Part shown: positions 10,836 through 20,751 of the stretch, piece after piece | Layout of the letters: every line of letters starts with the position of its first letter | Position numbering within the stretch: position 1 is the stretch's first letter | NCBI GenBank assembly: GCA_965214835.1 | Contig: CBDCCK010000002.1 | Location: forward strand, 1,504,001-1,568,000 | DNA: 64,000 nt | Reading direction: 5' to 3' | DNA from: Nitrosopumilaceae archaeon | GTDB lineage: Archaea > Thermoproteota > Nitrososphaeria > Nitrososphaerales > Nitrosopumilaceae | The notes under the pieces: generated by a model | The model's input: only the letters and a program-made list of their open reading frames with translations | Databases searched by the model: none | What the model was told of the DNA's origin: nothing | Position numbers and translations under genes: made by a program

Positions 10836-11915
10836 CTAGAAGCTGTCTTTCAGGATCCGGACGATTTTTTCGGATGCGCCACCGCGCCCGTATGGGGGGG
10901 GGGATCTACGTGCCCTGAGAGACGGCAGATTCGCAGCATCCATCATGGATTTCTGTATTTGTGGAGGCGATGTTCCGGCCATCAACGCATAACCGGATGC
11001 GATCGACTCTGGACGATCGGTGGTTTTTCGGATCACGACTGCCCTTTTTCTGATCGACGGTGCGGTTACCTCTTCTTGAATCCCGCCCGAGTCGGTGACA
11101 ACGAACGAGGATCTCTTCATAAGTTCCAGCATGTCAAAGTATCCTGCAGGATCCAGCAAGGTGAATCTTTTTGATCTTTTCATCTTTTCCAGGAGGCCAA
11201 GATGAGTCAGCCGCTTTTTTGTTCTGGGGTGAACGGGAAAGACAAAGCGCTGCTGTTTGCAACCAAGCAGTGCGCCGATTATCGAGGACAGGGATGCGTC
11301 GTCATCTATGTTCTCTGATCGGTGCAGGGTCAGCAGGGCATAGTCGTCGATGCCGATGTCAAGAGTGGACTTTGCCCGGGAGATCCTTGCATACCTTTCA
11401 ACAGAGTCAATCACCGTGTTTCCCGTCACGTGGATCCTTCCGTGGACGCATTCGGCAAGCAGGTTTGCCCTAGAGGTCTTTGTCGGCGCAAACAGAATCT
11501 CCGAGACGTGATCGACGCAGATCCTGTTGTGCTCTTCTGGCATCCTCCAATCGAAGCTCCTCAGCCCGGATTCGACATGGCTTACAGGAATCCTGGATTT
11601 TAGCGATGCGACAGCGGAGGCCAGAACCGTGTTTGTATCCCCCTGCACTATAACGGTGTCAGGTTTTGCCTTGTCAAGTATTTTGGAAAGCCGGATCATG
11701 ATCTCGCCCATCTGAACGGCCGGGACGGACTTTGAAACCTGCAGGGAATAGTCGGGTCTGCGCAGTCCGAGCTGCTCAATCAAGTCCATGCCCATCAAGC
11801 GATCGTAGTGCTGTCCGGAGAATATCAATGCGGAGTCTCTCTTGCGCAGCCGGCTTATGACCGGAGCAAGCTTGATTATCTCCGGCCTGGTTCCCACTAC
11901 AACGGCAGTCTTCAT
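10836..11915 (-). CDS. wecB: UDP-N-acetylglucosamine 2-epimerase
   Basis: VVGTRPEIIK, SGQHY, VQGDTNT, HVESGLRS, MPEEHNR, TDSGGIQEE. Confidence 0.93.
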   Translation of the reverse strand: MKTAVVVGTRPEIIKLAPVISRLRKRDSALIFSGQHYDRLMGMDLIEQLGLRRPDYSLQVSKSVPAVQMGEIMIRLSKILDKAKPDTVIVQGDTNTVLASAVASLKSRIPVSHVESGLRSFDWRMPEEHNRICVDHVSEILFAPTKTSRANLLAECVHGRIHVTGNTVIDSVERYARISRAKSTLDIGIDDYALLTLHRSENIDDDASLSSIIGALLGCKQQRFVFPVHPRTKKRLTHLGLLEKMKRSKRFTLLDPAGYFDMLELMKRSSFVVTDSGGIQEEVTAPSIRKRAVVIRKTTDRPESIASGYALMAGTSPPQIQKSMMDAANLPSLRARRSPPPYGRGGASEKIVRILKDSF

Positions 11916-12385
11916 AGAATAAGTATACAAACCCGGAACTTGTTATTAATTTATGCCAGTTCAGAAACCCCGATATTGTCGGATCATTTGGACAGGCACA
12001 CGGGACGCAACCCTCACTCAGACATTGACATTTTTTTGTAATCCTGCAAAACTTTCACATATGATTCTGGAGTGCCGACATCCAGCCTTTTTTCGTAACA
12101 GGCCGGGCTCTGGAAGTTCAGGCACGAATTTTACCATCAAAGAAGGCCGATCAAACAGAATTTGTGCCTGAAATCATAAATCACTTCGAGCCCGATCAGC
12201 TACTCAAAATGGCCGCCTCAGAATACTTTAGGACGTGTTCCATCAAGATTGACATCTACAAGTATCTTGAGTGCAGCGTGTGAGGCGAAATTTTCAATGA
12301 TCATCAGTATGGTTTTGATTAGTCGCCTCTCAGCCTCGGAGCTTTGCGGTGCTTTTGAGCCTGCTGAAAAAAGCAGGCCGGAGAC

Positions 12386-13370
12386 TCAAAGCATCTCCCT
12401 CATCAGATCCACAAGGGACTCGGCCGCCTTGTCGTTTGTGAGGTTCTCCAACGTGTGCCTTTTTCCGCGCGCCGCTATCTGCTCCCACTTTGGATCATCC
12501 GGAGAGGCCAGGTATTCTTCGAACCTTTTTTTGTAGTTCTTAGAGTCGATAAACACGGCGTTCTCCCCGTCACGGAATCCCAGATGTCCGCAGTCGCTTT
12601 CCTCTGAGACCTGCATGAATGTCAGGCATCCGGCAGCCGTGGACTCGTAGTACTTGACGGCGGGAAAGTACCTTGATGCAGCTATGGCTGCCCTGTACCG
12701 TGACAGGTGTGTAATAAAGTCCGGATGTCCGCCGTGCACACACGGCCCCGAATAGTCAACATATGGCAGGTTTTTGCATTTTCTCCTCAGTTTATACTGA
12801 TGCCAGATATAGGCCTCCGTGGGTCTTAAAACACTATTTTTCAGCAAATTGATGATCTTCATCCCCCCCTAGCCTGCCGGTGAGCAGGATCTGATCCTTC
12901 TTCCTGTCTTTGAATGCAGGCCCCCTGGGCAAATCGGGCTCGACGCCGTATGTTATCGTCTTGTATTTGAAGCTGCTTGGAAAGTACTTGTAAAAGTAGC
13001 TCCGTGGCATAAAGTTGAAACAGCAGTCGATCTTCCATTTTTCGTGAAATCCAATCAGATCCCAATGTCTTATACGGTGGGGATCGTGCGTATGGGCGAT
13101 CACCGGAATGTCAAGCTTTCTGACGTTTTCCAGGTGGGGCGTGCTCATGTCGCTGTTGGTGCACAGTATGACGTCATATCTGCCCCTGAGCTTTGCCGCA
13201 TCAAAGCTCCGTTCTGCGGGAAAATAGCCCATCTGCAGATGCCTGTTTCTTTTCAGGGCGTGAAAGAAAAAATAGTACCTGTTGTTAATGGAGTTGCTTT
13301 TGTTATAGTATCCCCACGACGGCCTGTAGATAAAGGCCGCCCTGATCTGGTTTTCTTCGGATTCGCTCAT
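12386..13370 (-). pseudogene. CgeB-like glycosyltransferase, frameshifted at a G7 tract (copy A)
   Basis: ORFs 12834-13370 and 12386-12862 join in frame if the run at 12863-12869 is 6 nt; KYYESTAAGCL, GFRDGENAVFI, IAARGKRHTL. Confidence 0.75.
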
Positions 13371-13408
13371 TTTGACCTCCTTGGCTGGGAATCCTGCCTT
13401 TTTATATT

Positions 13409-13488
13409 AGACCTTATGCATAATCGACCTGAATGAGGCGAGTTTGTTCGCAATAATCCTAGATCTGAACCGATTACGCATAAAGTCT
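13409..13488. mobile_element. 80 bp MITE
   Basis: TIRs AGACCTTATGCATAATCG / CGATTACGCATAAAGTCT with ATT duplication; absent from duplication arm B, which gives the empty site. Confidence 0.85.
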
Positions 13489-13590
13489 ATTTTACAGCCT
13501 CATGCGAAGTCTAATGCCTCTGGGTTTCATCTGAATTGCAATCCCAGCTGCAACTTCAAGCCGTTCGACCATGATGATCTGGCGTAGTAT

Positions 13591-13765
13591 CTACGTCAGC
13601 CATCTGTTCATCTTTACCATCTTTATCTCGCCTCTGCGCAGCATGACGCGTATGGACTTTTGCAGCTCGCCGACGGTCCTGTACAGGCGGTTTGCAGTCG
13701 CCTTTTTGACCCCACGCCACTGCCCCTCTATCGGGCTCAGCTCCGGCGTGTACGGCGGCAGGAAT
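13591..13765 (-). pseudogene. IS630 transposase C-terminal fragment
   Basis: FLPPYTPELSPIEGQWRGVKKATANRLY, homologous to 8740-8916. Confidence 0.85.
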
Positions 13766-13953
13766 TAGGCGACATCCATCCATGGTAAAACGCCCGCCAG
13801 TAACATGGCAACGTTCCTTTCGTCTTCTGATCCGTGCCTAGTCGGCCGGGCCGTGCTTTATAGCTAACGCTAGCAATACGCACGAGCCAGTCCTGTCGCA
13901 CCTGCCAGGGTGCGGCCGATCATTGGGTGGGTGGGGGATGGAAGGTGGTAATC

Positions 13954-15031
13954 CTATGCCGTTCCCACCAGTTCTGTCACCCTCTTGATCTTCCTGTCGT
14001 ACAGTGCAGCATTGCGCGATGAATACGCAGTCTTTGTCGTCAGCATGTGCCAGATTATCCTGAGCATCTTGTTTGCAACATGCGTTATCGCTATGACGTG
14101 GCTGTTGCCGTTCCTTTTGCGGATCCTCTCGTAGAACTCTTTCATCCTGTCGTCGTGCTGTGCGGCGACGTTGGCTATCTGGCCCATCAGCCATTTGATC
14201 CTGCGGTTTGCATCCTTTTTCATGCGGCCGTGGTACTCGCGGTCCCCAGACTGGTACACCCGGGGACACATGCCGGCCCAGGACACCAGATGATTCGGTG
14301 ATGGAAACCGGGTTATGTCGCCGATCTCTGCCAGCAGCAGCATTGCAGCAAACGAGTCTATCCCCGTCATACTCAGCAGCAGCTTTGCGTCCTCGTTCAG
14401 TCCCGCCTGTCTTCCTATGTCCTCCTCCATCTGGCCTATCTCCTCTGTGACCGATGCAATCCTCCGGGTACAGCTTGCCAGTATCCTGTTGTCGTTTGGC
14501 ATGTCCAGTTTTGTCTCGGACAGCTTCCGTATGGCCTTCCTAGAGTACATCGTGGATGCATCTATGGTTATGTCGTACTTGTCAAGCCAAGCTGTGCAGC
14601 CCGTTTACGACTGCGGTCCTCTCCTGCACCATCCGTATCCTGTACCTCATCAGCTCCCTGACATCCCTCAGGTCTGGAGGGGCCACGTAGCATCGTGGTA
14701 TGATTCCGGCCCTGAGCGTGTCGGTTATCTTCCTTGCGTCTATCGGGTCAGTCTTTACGCTGGTCTCCGATACTATCTTCATCTTGAGGGTGTTTGCAAG
14801 CAGTATGGGGATATGCTGATCCTCGAACGCCCTGAACGTCTTCAGCCACGTGTTGCCCGTTGACTCGCACGCGGCCTGGCACCTTTTGTACTCTTTTTTC
14901 AGCCTGGCTGCAAGCCTTGCTGCCTCCTTGTACGTGTTGTCATACGAGCCCTCCTCCAGTACGTGTCCCTTGGCGTCGATGACGCACACTACACATCTTC
15001 TCTTTCCAATGTCTATTCCTATGTTTATCAA
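13954..15031 (-). pseudogene. IS110 recombinase with a single 1-nt frameshift near 14588
   Basis: GIDIGK, ACESTG, KTDPIDA in one frame; LDKY...AGMCPRVYQSG in the next. TTG start at 15031 with GGAGGTG upstream. Confidence 0.88.
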
Positions 15032-15068
15032 TCCTTTTGTTTCACCTCCTCTCGGATCATGGTTCGAC

Positions 15069-15204
15069 GGATCAGAAGCTGCAGTCATCCATCAGTGCGC
15101 GAAGCACAGGAACACAGCAGCGCGGATATCCCCATTCAACTACGAGTGCGCGAAGCACATGAAAATGAAGGGGTTGATCCATCACCCTGACTACGGCGGG
15201 GGTG
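15069..15204 (-). ncRNA. Predicted bridge RNA of IS110 element B (left-end encoded)
   Basis: Two copies of hairpin AGTGCGCGAAGCACA (15094-15108, 15145-15159), each inside a closed internal loop whose strands match the element junctions. Confidence 0.75.
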
Positions 15205-15343
15205 TTTTTATCATGTGTTCAACTACTGCTATAGTGACGATTAAAAGTTTTTGAGCGCATGTGGGCATAAGCTACGCTGGAAGGCGCCTTTTGATGATCA
15301 AAGACTTTTAATCGCCACTATAGGAGAAGAATTCCTGATACAC

Positions 15344-15495
15344 ATGACTGATATCATAACGTGGCCCAACTTCTTCTATGTGGCCCCTCAAAAGACAGGA
15401 ACGACTACGATGTACCATGTTCTGAGGGGGATCCGTGAGATGTATGTACCTTCCATGAAGGAGATGGCTTACTTTACACGCCGTATCACCAAGAA
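15344..15495 (+). pseudogene. Sulfotransferase N-terminal fragment
   Basis: WPNFFYVAPQKTGTTTMY...KEMAYF, a PAPS-binding loop; similarity is lost afterwards. Confidence 0.7.
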
Positions 15496-15844
15496 GCAGT
15501 CCTTGGGAATGTTAAACATGGTTTTATCTGGAGCTCGGTCTTTTTTAGAGGTTCGCTGCCTGCCGGACCTTGAAAGGTTGTTTAGATTTGCCATGATTTT
15601 TGACCATACCCGACTAATGTTGAAAAATCAGGTTTTTAAGTGGAACTGGGACATTAACTGGTGTTTGTTCCCCTTGGGACCAGGTTGTGGCCGATGAGGC
15701 CAAGGAGCTGATATCCCGTAGATGTAGGTTCGTCGGCATACTGCCCAACGGCAAGGTGGTGCTGGAAAGGCAGGACGTGAACCGCAGTAGGTTCACATCT
15801 GCAAAGACTGGATTTAAATTGTCTTGGGAGTCATCCTGCAATCA

Positions 15845-17293
15845 ATGCCACCAATTGTCCCCAAAAAGGTAGGCGGCTCACAGTATGTCATAGAGCCTGA
15901 TTCTACAAATGACATGAGGATCCCCGTCAGGATATATGCAAGCGAGGATCTGATCTCAAAAATGATGACGGATCGAACCCTGAAGCAGGCCGCAAACGTC
16001 GCATCCATGCCCGGAATCGTAAGCCACGGGGTGGTACTGCCTGACGGCCACGAGGGATACGGGTTTCCTGTCGGAGGCGTCGCGGCCATGGATGCAGAGG
16101 AGGGAATGATCAGCCCCGGCGGCGTGGGATACGACATCAACTGCGGGGTCAGGCTGCTCCGGACAAGCCTTTCTGAAGATCAGGCCCGCGCAAGACTAAG
16201 GGATCTGGTCACTGACCTGTTCGGATCCATTCCCTCGGGCGTGGGCTCCAAGGGGGCAGTAAGGTTGAGCCGCTCCCAGCTAGACGAGGTCCTCGTCCGC
16301 GGAGTCAGCTGGGCAATCGATAACGGGTACGGGACTGCCGGCGACAGGGACGTCTGTGAGGAGAATGGCGAGATCAGGCAGGCAGACCCCGGCAAGGTCT
16401 CTGACAGGGCCCGAAAGCGGGGTGCGCCGCAGCTTGGAAGCCTCGGCTCTGGCAACCACTTTTTGGAGATTCAAAAGGTGGCAGAGGTTCATGACGAGGA
16501 GGCGGCCGGACGGATGGGGCTTGAGGAGGGCTCCATTACCGTGCTGATCCACTGCGGCTCCCGCGGGCTTGGCCACCAGGTATGCAGCGACTATCTCAGG
16601 ATCTGCGAGCAGTCCATGCGGAAATACGGCATTGATCTGCCAGACAGGGAGCTTGCATGCGTTCCAAACGCGTCCGAGGAGGGTGAATCGTACAGGAAGG
16701 CCATGTTTGCGGCGCTGAACTTTGCCTGGAGCAACCGCCAGATGATTACGCACTGGACGAGAAGGTCGTTTGAGCGCGTCTTTGGGATGTCCGAGTCAGA
16801 CCTGGACATGAGGCTGGTATACGACGTATCCCACAACATTGCCAAGGTTGAAAAACACAGGGTGGATGGAGGGGAGAGAAGCCTCGTCGTGCACAGAAAG
16901 GGTGCAACGCGGGCGTTTCCTGCCAATCGCGAGGAGGTCCCGCAAAGGTACCGCGATATCGGCCAGCCCGTGTTCATTCCCGGCTCCATGGGTACTGCAA
17001 GCTGGGTGCTGCTCGGCCAGCCCGGATCCATGGATCTGAGCTTCGGCTCCACAGCGCACGGGGCAGGCAGGACGATGTCAAGATCAAGGGCGCGCAGGAG
17101 CTTTACCGAGCACGACGTCAAAAAGTCCCTGGGCGACAGGGGCATCTACATCAAGGCGCTGACCAGGGACGGCGTGGTCGAGGAGACTCCCCAGGCCTAC
17201 AAGGACGTCGACTCCGTCGTGGACGTCTCGCACGGCTTGGGAATCGCAACAAAGGTCGCCAAGCTAACCCCGGTTGGAGTGATCAAGGGTTGA
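15845..17293 (+). CDS. rtcB: RNA-splicing ligase RtcB
   Basis: LPDGHEGYGFPVGG, GYDINCGVR, GSGNHFLE, HCGSRGLG, HRKGATRA, HGAGR, QAYKD. TTTAAA box about 30 nt upstream. Confidence 0.97.
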   Translation: MPPIVPKKVGGSQYVIEPDSTNDMRIPVRIYASEDLISKMMTDRTLKQAANVASMPGIVSHGVVLPDGHEGYGFPVGGVAAMDAEEGMISPGGVGYDINCGVRLLRTSLSEDQARARLRDLVTDLFGSIPSGVGSKGAVRLSRSQLDEVLVRGVSWAIDNGYGTAGDRDVCEENGEIRQADPGKVSDRARKRGAPQLGSLGSGNHFLEIQKVAEVHDEEAAGRMGLEEGSITVLIHCGSRGLGHQVCSDYLRICEQSMRKYGIDLPDRELACVPNASEEGESYRKAMFAALNFAWSNRQMITHWTRRSFERVFGMSESDLDMRLVYDVSHNIAKVEKHRVDGGERSLVVHRKGATRAFPANREEVPQRYRDIGQPVFIPGSMGTASWVLLGQPGSMDLSFGSTAHGAGRTMSRSRARRSFTEHDVKKSLGDRGIYIKALTRDGVVEETPQAYKDVDSVVDVSHGLGIATKVAKLTPVGVIKG

Positions 17294-17694
17294 GCGACGA
17301 CTCGGAGCTGGAGCGGCTAAAGGCAAAAAGGCTCGAGGAGATGCGAAACAACATCTCCTCGCAGCAAGGCCCGGAGCCTGCGCCTGCCGGTGAACGGCCC
17401 GGGCCTGCCAGCCATCGGGATGTTTTGCTGAGGAGCTTGGGCTACCGGGGCGAGGAGGTCCTGCGCAATGCCGAGGCGCAGTATCCGCACCAGACACCCG
17501 AGGTCGTCAGGAAGCTCGGCCAGCTTTTGGCATCCGGGGAGATCGACGAGCAGATTGACGGCGGCCAGCTCCTTGCACTGTTTCGCTCCATCGGGATAAA
17601 CGTCAGGATGGATACGAAAATCAGCGTAGAGCAGGACGGAAGGCTAGTGTCGCTGTCTGACAAGATAGGCATGGAGAGCAACGACGAGCCATGA
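17290..17694 (+). CDS. PDCD5/TFAR19-like DNA-binding protein
   Basis: DDSELERLKAKRLEEM N-terminus; LGQLLASGEIDEQIDGGQLLALF. Confidence 0.75.
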   Translation: MSDDSELERLKAKRLEEMRNNISSQQGPEPAPAGERPGPASHRDVLLRSLGYRGEEVLRNAEAQYPHQTPEVVRKLGQLLASGEIDEQIDGGQLLALFRSIGINVRMDTKISVEQDGRLVSLSDKIGMESNDEP

Positions 17695-18002
17695 CCCTGT
17701 TTGAGGCAGGCACCACCCGATATGGTGACGATGTCCTGCAGATCAAAAAGGCACTGTCGCACCTGGAGACTAGTTGCGGCGCACCTGGCACATATGTTCT
17801 GGGCCCGCCCGTATCAAGGTTCGGCTGGACCTTCTTTCAGATTACAATGAAGCCTGCACTCATCGACGGCATAGAAAAGAAATTTGCAGAGATGATCCGG
17901 AGGTACCGGGAGGGAAAACCCGAGGAAAGACTCGTCAAATTCCTGTCTGACTTTTTTGAGTCGCGCGGCTGTAAGATAAGACTAAAGATTGTAGAGTACT
18001 AG
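17691..18002 (+). CDS. Hypothetical protein
   Basis: 103 aa ORF coupled to the previous gene by an ATGA overlap. Confidence 0.75.
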   Translation: MTLFEAGTTRYGDDVLQIKKALSHLETSCGAPGTYVLGPPVSRFGWTFFQITMKPALIDGIEKKFAEMIRRYREGKPEERLVKFLSDFFESRGCKIRLKIVEY

Positions 18003-18538
18003 ACCCTTCTTCCCCTCTTGCCGCCCTTTTTTCTCGTCGTGTCGTGCGGGATCGGCGTCACGTCGTCAATCCTCCCGATCTTGAACCCGCCCCTTGCAAG
18101 GGCCCTGATTGCTGCCTGCGCGCCCGGGCCCGGAACCCTTGAGCCGACCCCGCCGACTGCCCTCACCCTGATGTGAAAGCCCGCAAAGCCCTTTGTGCGC
18201 GCAGCCTCTACCACCTGGTTTGCAGCCTTCATTGCGGCAAACGGCGATGACTCGTACCTGTCTGCGTTTACGTGAATCCCGCCCGAGCTGATCGAGACCG
18301 TCTCGGCGCCGGTAAGGTCTGTCATGTGGATGATTGTGTTGTTGTAGCTGCTGTAGATGTGGGCGATTCCCCACTTTTCAACCTCCTCCTTTTTTGCCTC
18401 GGGGACAGCCTGTGCCTTTTGCTCTACTATGTCCCTGGCCTTTTGCTCTATGTCCCTCGTCTCCTCGGCTATGTCCCTCGTCTCCTCGGCCGGAACCTCT
18501 GTCTCTTGAACCTCTACCTGCGCTTCAGTCTCTGACAA
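17999..18538 (-). CDS. rps11: 30S ribosomal protein S11 (uS11) with acidic N-terminal extension
   Basis: [47 protein letters not shown]. Likely TTG start at 18538. Confidence 0.95.
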   Translation of the reverse strand: MSETEAQVEVQETEVPAEETRDIAEETRDIEQKARDIVEQKAQAVPEAKKEEVEKWGIAHIYSSYNNTIIHMTDLTGAETVSISSGGIHVNADRYESSPFAAMKAANQVVEAARTKGFAGFHIRVRAVGGVGSRVPGPGAQAAIRALARGGFKIGRIDDVTPIPHDTTRKKGGKRGRRV

Positions 18539-18625
18539 TGCTAACACAACTCCCAAGGGGCTTAAAAAACATTGAGTCACGGTTAACTTGCTGCACAACT
18601 GTGCCTGAACGCGTAAAAACGTAAC

Positions 18626-18715
18626 GTACGAGGTCACCTGTACCTGTCAGTCAGGCACGAATTAACATGCACAGCTATGGTTTTCGTGCCTGCCAGCAAG
18701 GACGTGACCTCGTAC
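18626..18715. mobile_element. IS66-derived MITE (90 bp)
   Basis: TIRs GTACGAGGTCAC / GTGACCTCGTAC; internal IR CAGGCACGAA / TTCGTGCCTG. Confidence 0.8.
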
Positions 18716-18716
18716 G

Positions 18717-20045
18717 CGCATGAGGCTGTAAAATATAAAAAGACAGGATTCCCAGCCAAGGAGGTCAAAATGAGCGAATCCGAAGAAAACCAGATCAGGG
18801 CGGCCTTTATCTACAAGCCGTCATGGCCATACTATAACAAAAGCAACTCCATTAACAACAGGTACTATTTTTTCTTTCACGCCCTGAAAAGAAACAGGCA
18901 TCTGCAGATGGGCTATTTTCCCGCAGAACGGAGCTTTGATGCGGCAAAGCTCAGGGGCAGATATGACGTCATACTGTGCACCAACAGCGACATGAGCACG
19001 CCCCACCTGGAAAACGTCAGAAAGCTTGACATTCCGGTGATCGCCCATACGCACGATCCCCACCGTATAAGACATTGGGATCTGATTGGATTTCACGAAA
19101 AATGGAAGATCGACTGCTGTTTCAACTTTATGCCACGGAGCTACTTTTACAAGTACTTTCCAAGCAGCTTCAAATACAAGACGATAACATACGGCGTCGA
19201 GCCCGATTTGCCCAGGGGGCCTGCATTCAAAGACAGGAAGAAGGATCAGATCCTGCTCACCGGCAGGCTAGGGGGGGATGAAGATCATCAATTTGCTGAA
19301 AAATAGTGTTTTAAGACCCACGGAGGCCTATATCTGGCATCAGTATAAACTGAGGAGAAAATGCAAAAACCTGCCATATGTTGACTATTCGGGGCCGTGT
19401 GTGCACGGCGGACATCCGGACTTTATTACACACCTGTCACGGTACAGGGCAGCCATAGCTGCATCAAGGTACTTTCCCGCCGTCAAGTACTACGAGTCCA
19501 CGGCTGCCGGATGCCTGACATTCATGCAGGTCTCAGAGGAAAGCGACTGCGGACATCTGGGATTCCGTGACGGGGAGAACGCCGTGTTTATCGACTCTAA
19601 GAACTACAAAAAAAGGTTCGAAGAATACCTGGCCTCTCCGGATGATCCAAAGTGGGAGCAGATAGCGGCGCGCGGAAAAAGGCACACGTTGGAGAACCTC
19701 ACAAACGACAAGGCGGCCGAGTCCCTTGTGGATCTGATGAGGGAGATGCTTTGAGTCTCCGGCCTGCTTTTTTCAGCAGGCTCAAAAGCACCGCAAAGCT
19801 CCGAGGCTGAGAGGCGACTAATCAAAACCATACTGATGATCATTGAAAATTTCGCCTCACACGCTGCACTCAAGATACTTGTAGATGTCAATCTTGATGG
19901 AACACGTCCTAAAGTATTCTGAGGCGGCCATTTTGAGTAGCTGATCGGGCTCGAAGTGATTTATGATTTTAGGCACAAATTCTGTTTGATCGGCCTTCTT
20001 TGATGGTAAAATTCGTGCCTGAACTTCCAGAGCCCGACCTGTTAC
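18717..20045. repeat. Arm B of the inverted duplication
   Basis: Reverse complement of 12095-13507 without the MITE. Confidence 0.92.
18770..19754 (+). pseudogene. CgeB-like glycosyltransferase, frameshifted at G7 (copy B)
   Basis: CTA-GGGGGGG-ATG at 19268-19280; G6 would fuse the two ORFs. Confidence 0.75.
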
Positions 20046-20450
20046 TGCAGAAGACTGGCAGGATCGGACTCGGGTTCTCCGGCTGCATCTTCAATGAAGA
20101 CAGGGGATGCGATTCAGACGAGAGCGTAAGGCCCATCAGGGAATACGGAATGAAGCCGAACATCAGGATGAGAGCCGATGCCGTCCGCACCAAAATGAAG
20201 CGCAGAAGGGAGGCCGTCAGGACGTTTGGCCCCGAACCATACAAGACGCGCGGGATGATGGGGGGAATCTTTGGCGCAGAGGAGACAGGGAACCGCAGGC
20301 TGACGTGCCGGTTCATAAAGGCGCCTGCCCGCAGAAGGTTCGGCCTGTGCAAGGCCATGGGACGGAACCTCGAGGCGTCAAACAGGTTCGACTGCGCCGC
20401 AAGTCTCTGGATACCGGCGGAGGCAGCATGAGTGAATTAGGAAACAACCC
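20000..20450 (+). pseudogene. Degenerate IS5/IS4-like DDE transposase C-terminus
   Basis: EDRGCDS (DxGYDS-like), PNIR, YKTRGMMGGIFGAEE. Confidence 0.6.
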
Positions 20451-20751
20451 CTGCGTCATGACACGAGCTGCATGCAGCAGCTTGATCTGATCAACACACC
20501 TGTGTTTGGAAAACCATGCGGAATTTTTAATCGCGGTCGATTGCGCATAAGGTCCAGTTGCCATACGGGGCAGGTCACGGTATGATGCGAGTCCGGATGG
20601 GATCGTCTCCGGTGGGAGATGGAGTCAGTCCTTACCGTATGCTGACTTGTGGTCACACACTCGTAGCAGTTCTATTGCTCCAGCTTGATATTGAATAAAG
20701 TATATGTATGGGGTCACCTACCCCTGCCAATCAGGCACGAATTGATATCTA

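Larger units (their letters stand above)
12095..13507. repeat. Arm A of a 1.3 kb near-identical inverted duplication (partner 18717-20045)
   Basis: Reverse-complement identity with few substitutions; arm A additionally carries an 80 bp MITE. Confidence 0.92.
13773..15220 (-). mobile_element. IS110-family element B
   Basis: DEDD recombinase gene; subterminal IRs CATGGTAAAA (13781-13790) / TTTTATCATG (15206-15215); structured non-coding left end. Confidence 0.85.

Noticed and set aside
15032-15088. N-terminal extension of the IS110 B recombinase to ATG 15088
   Set aside because: It would overlap the predicted donor-binding loop; the GGAGGTG motif supports TTG 15031 instead.
15251-15697. 148 aa ORF as an intact gene
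   Set aside because: Only about 50 residues resemble a sulfotransferase; the rest looks like fused debris.
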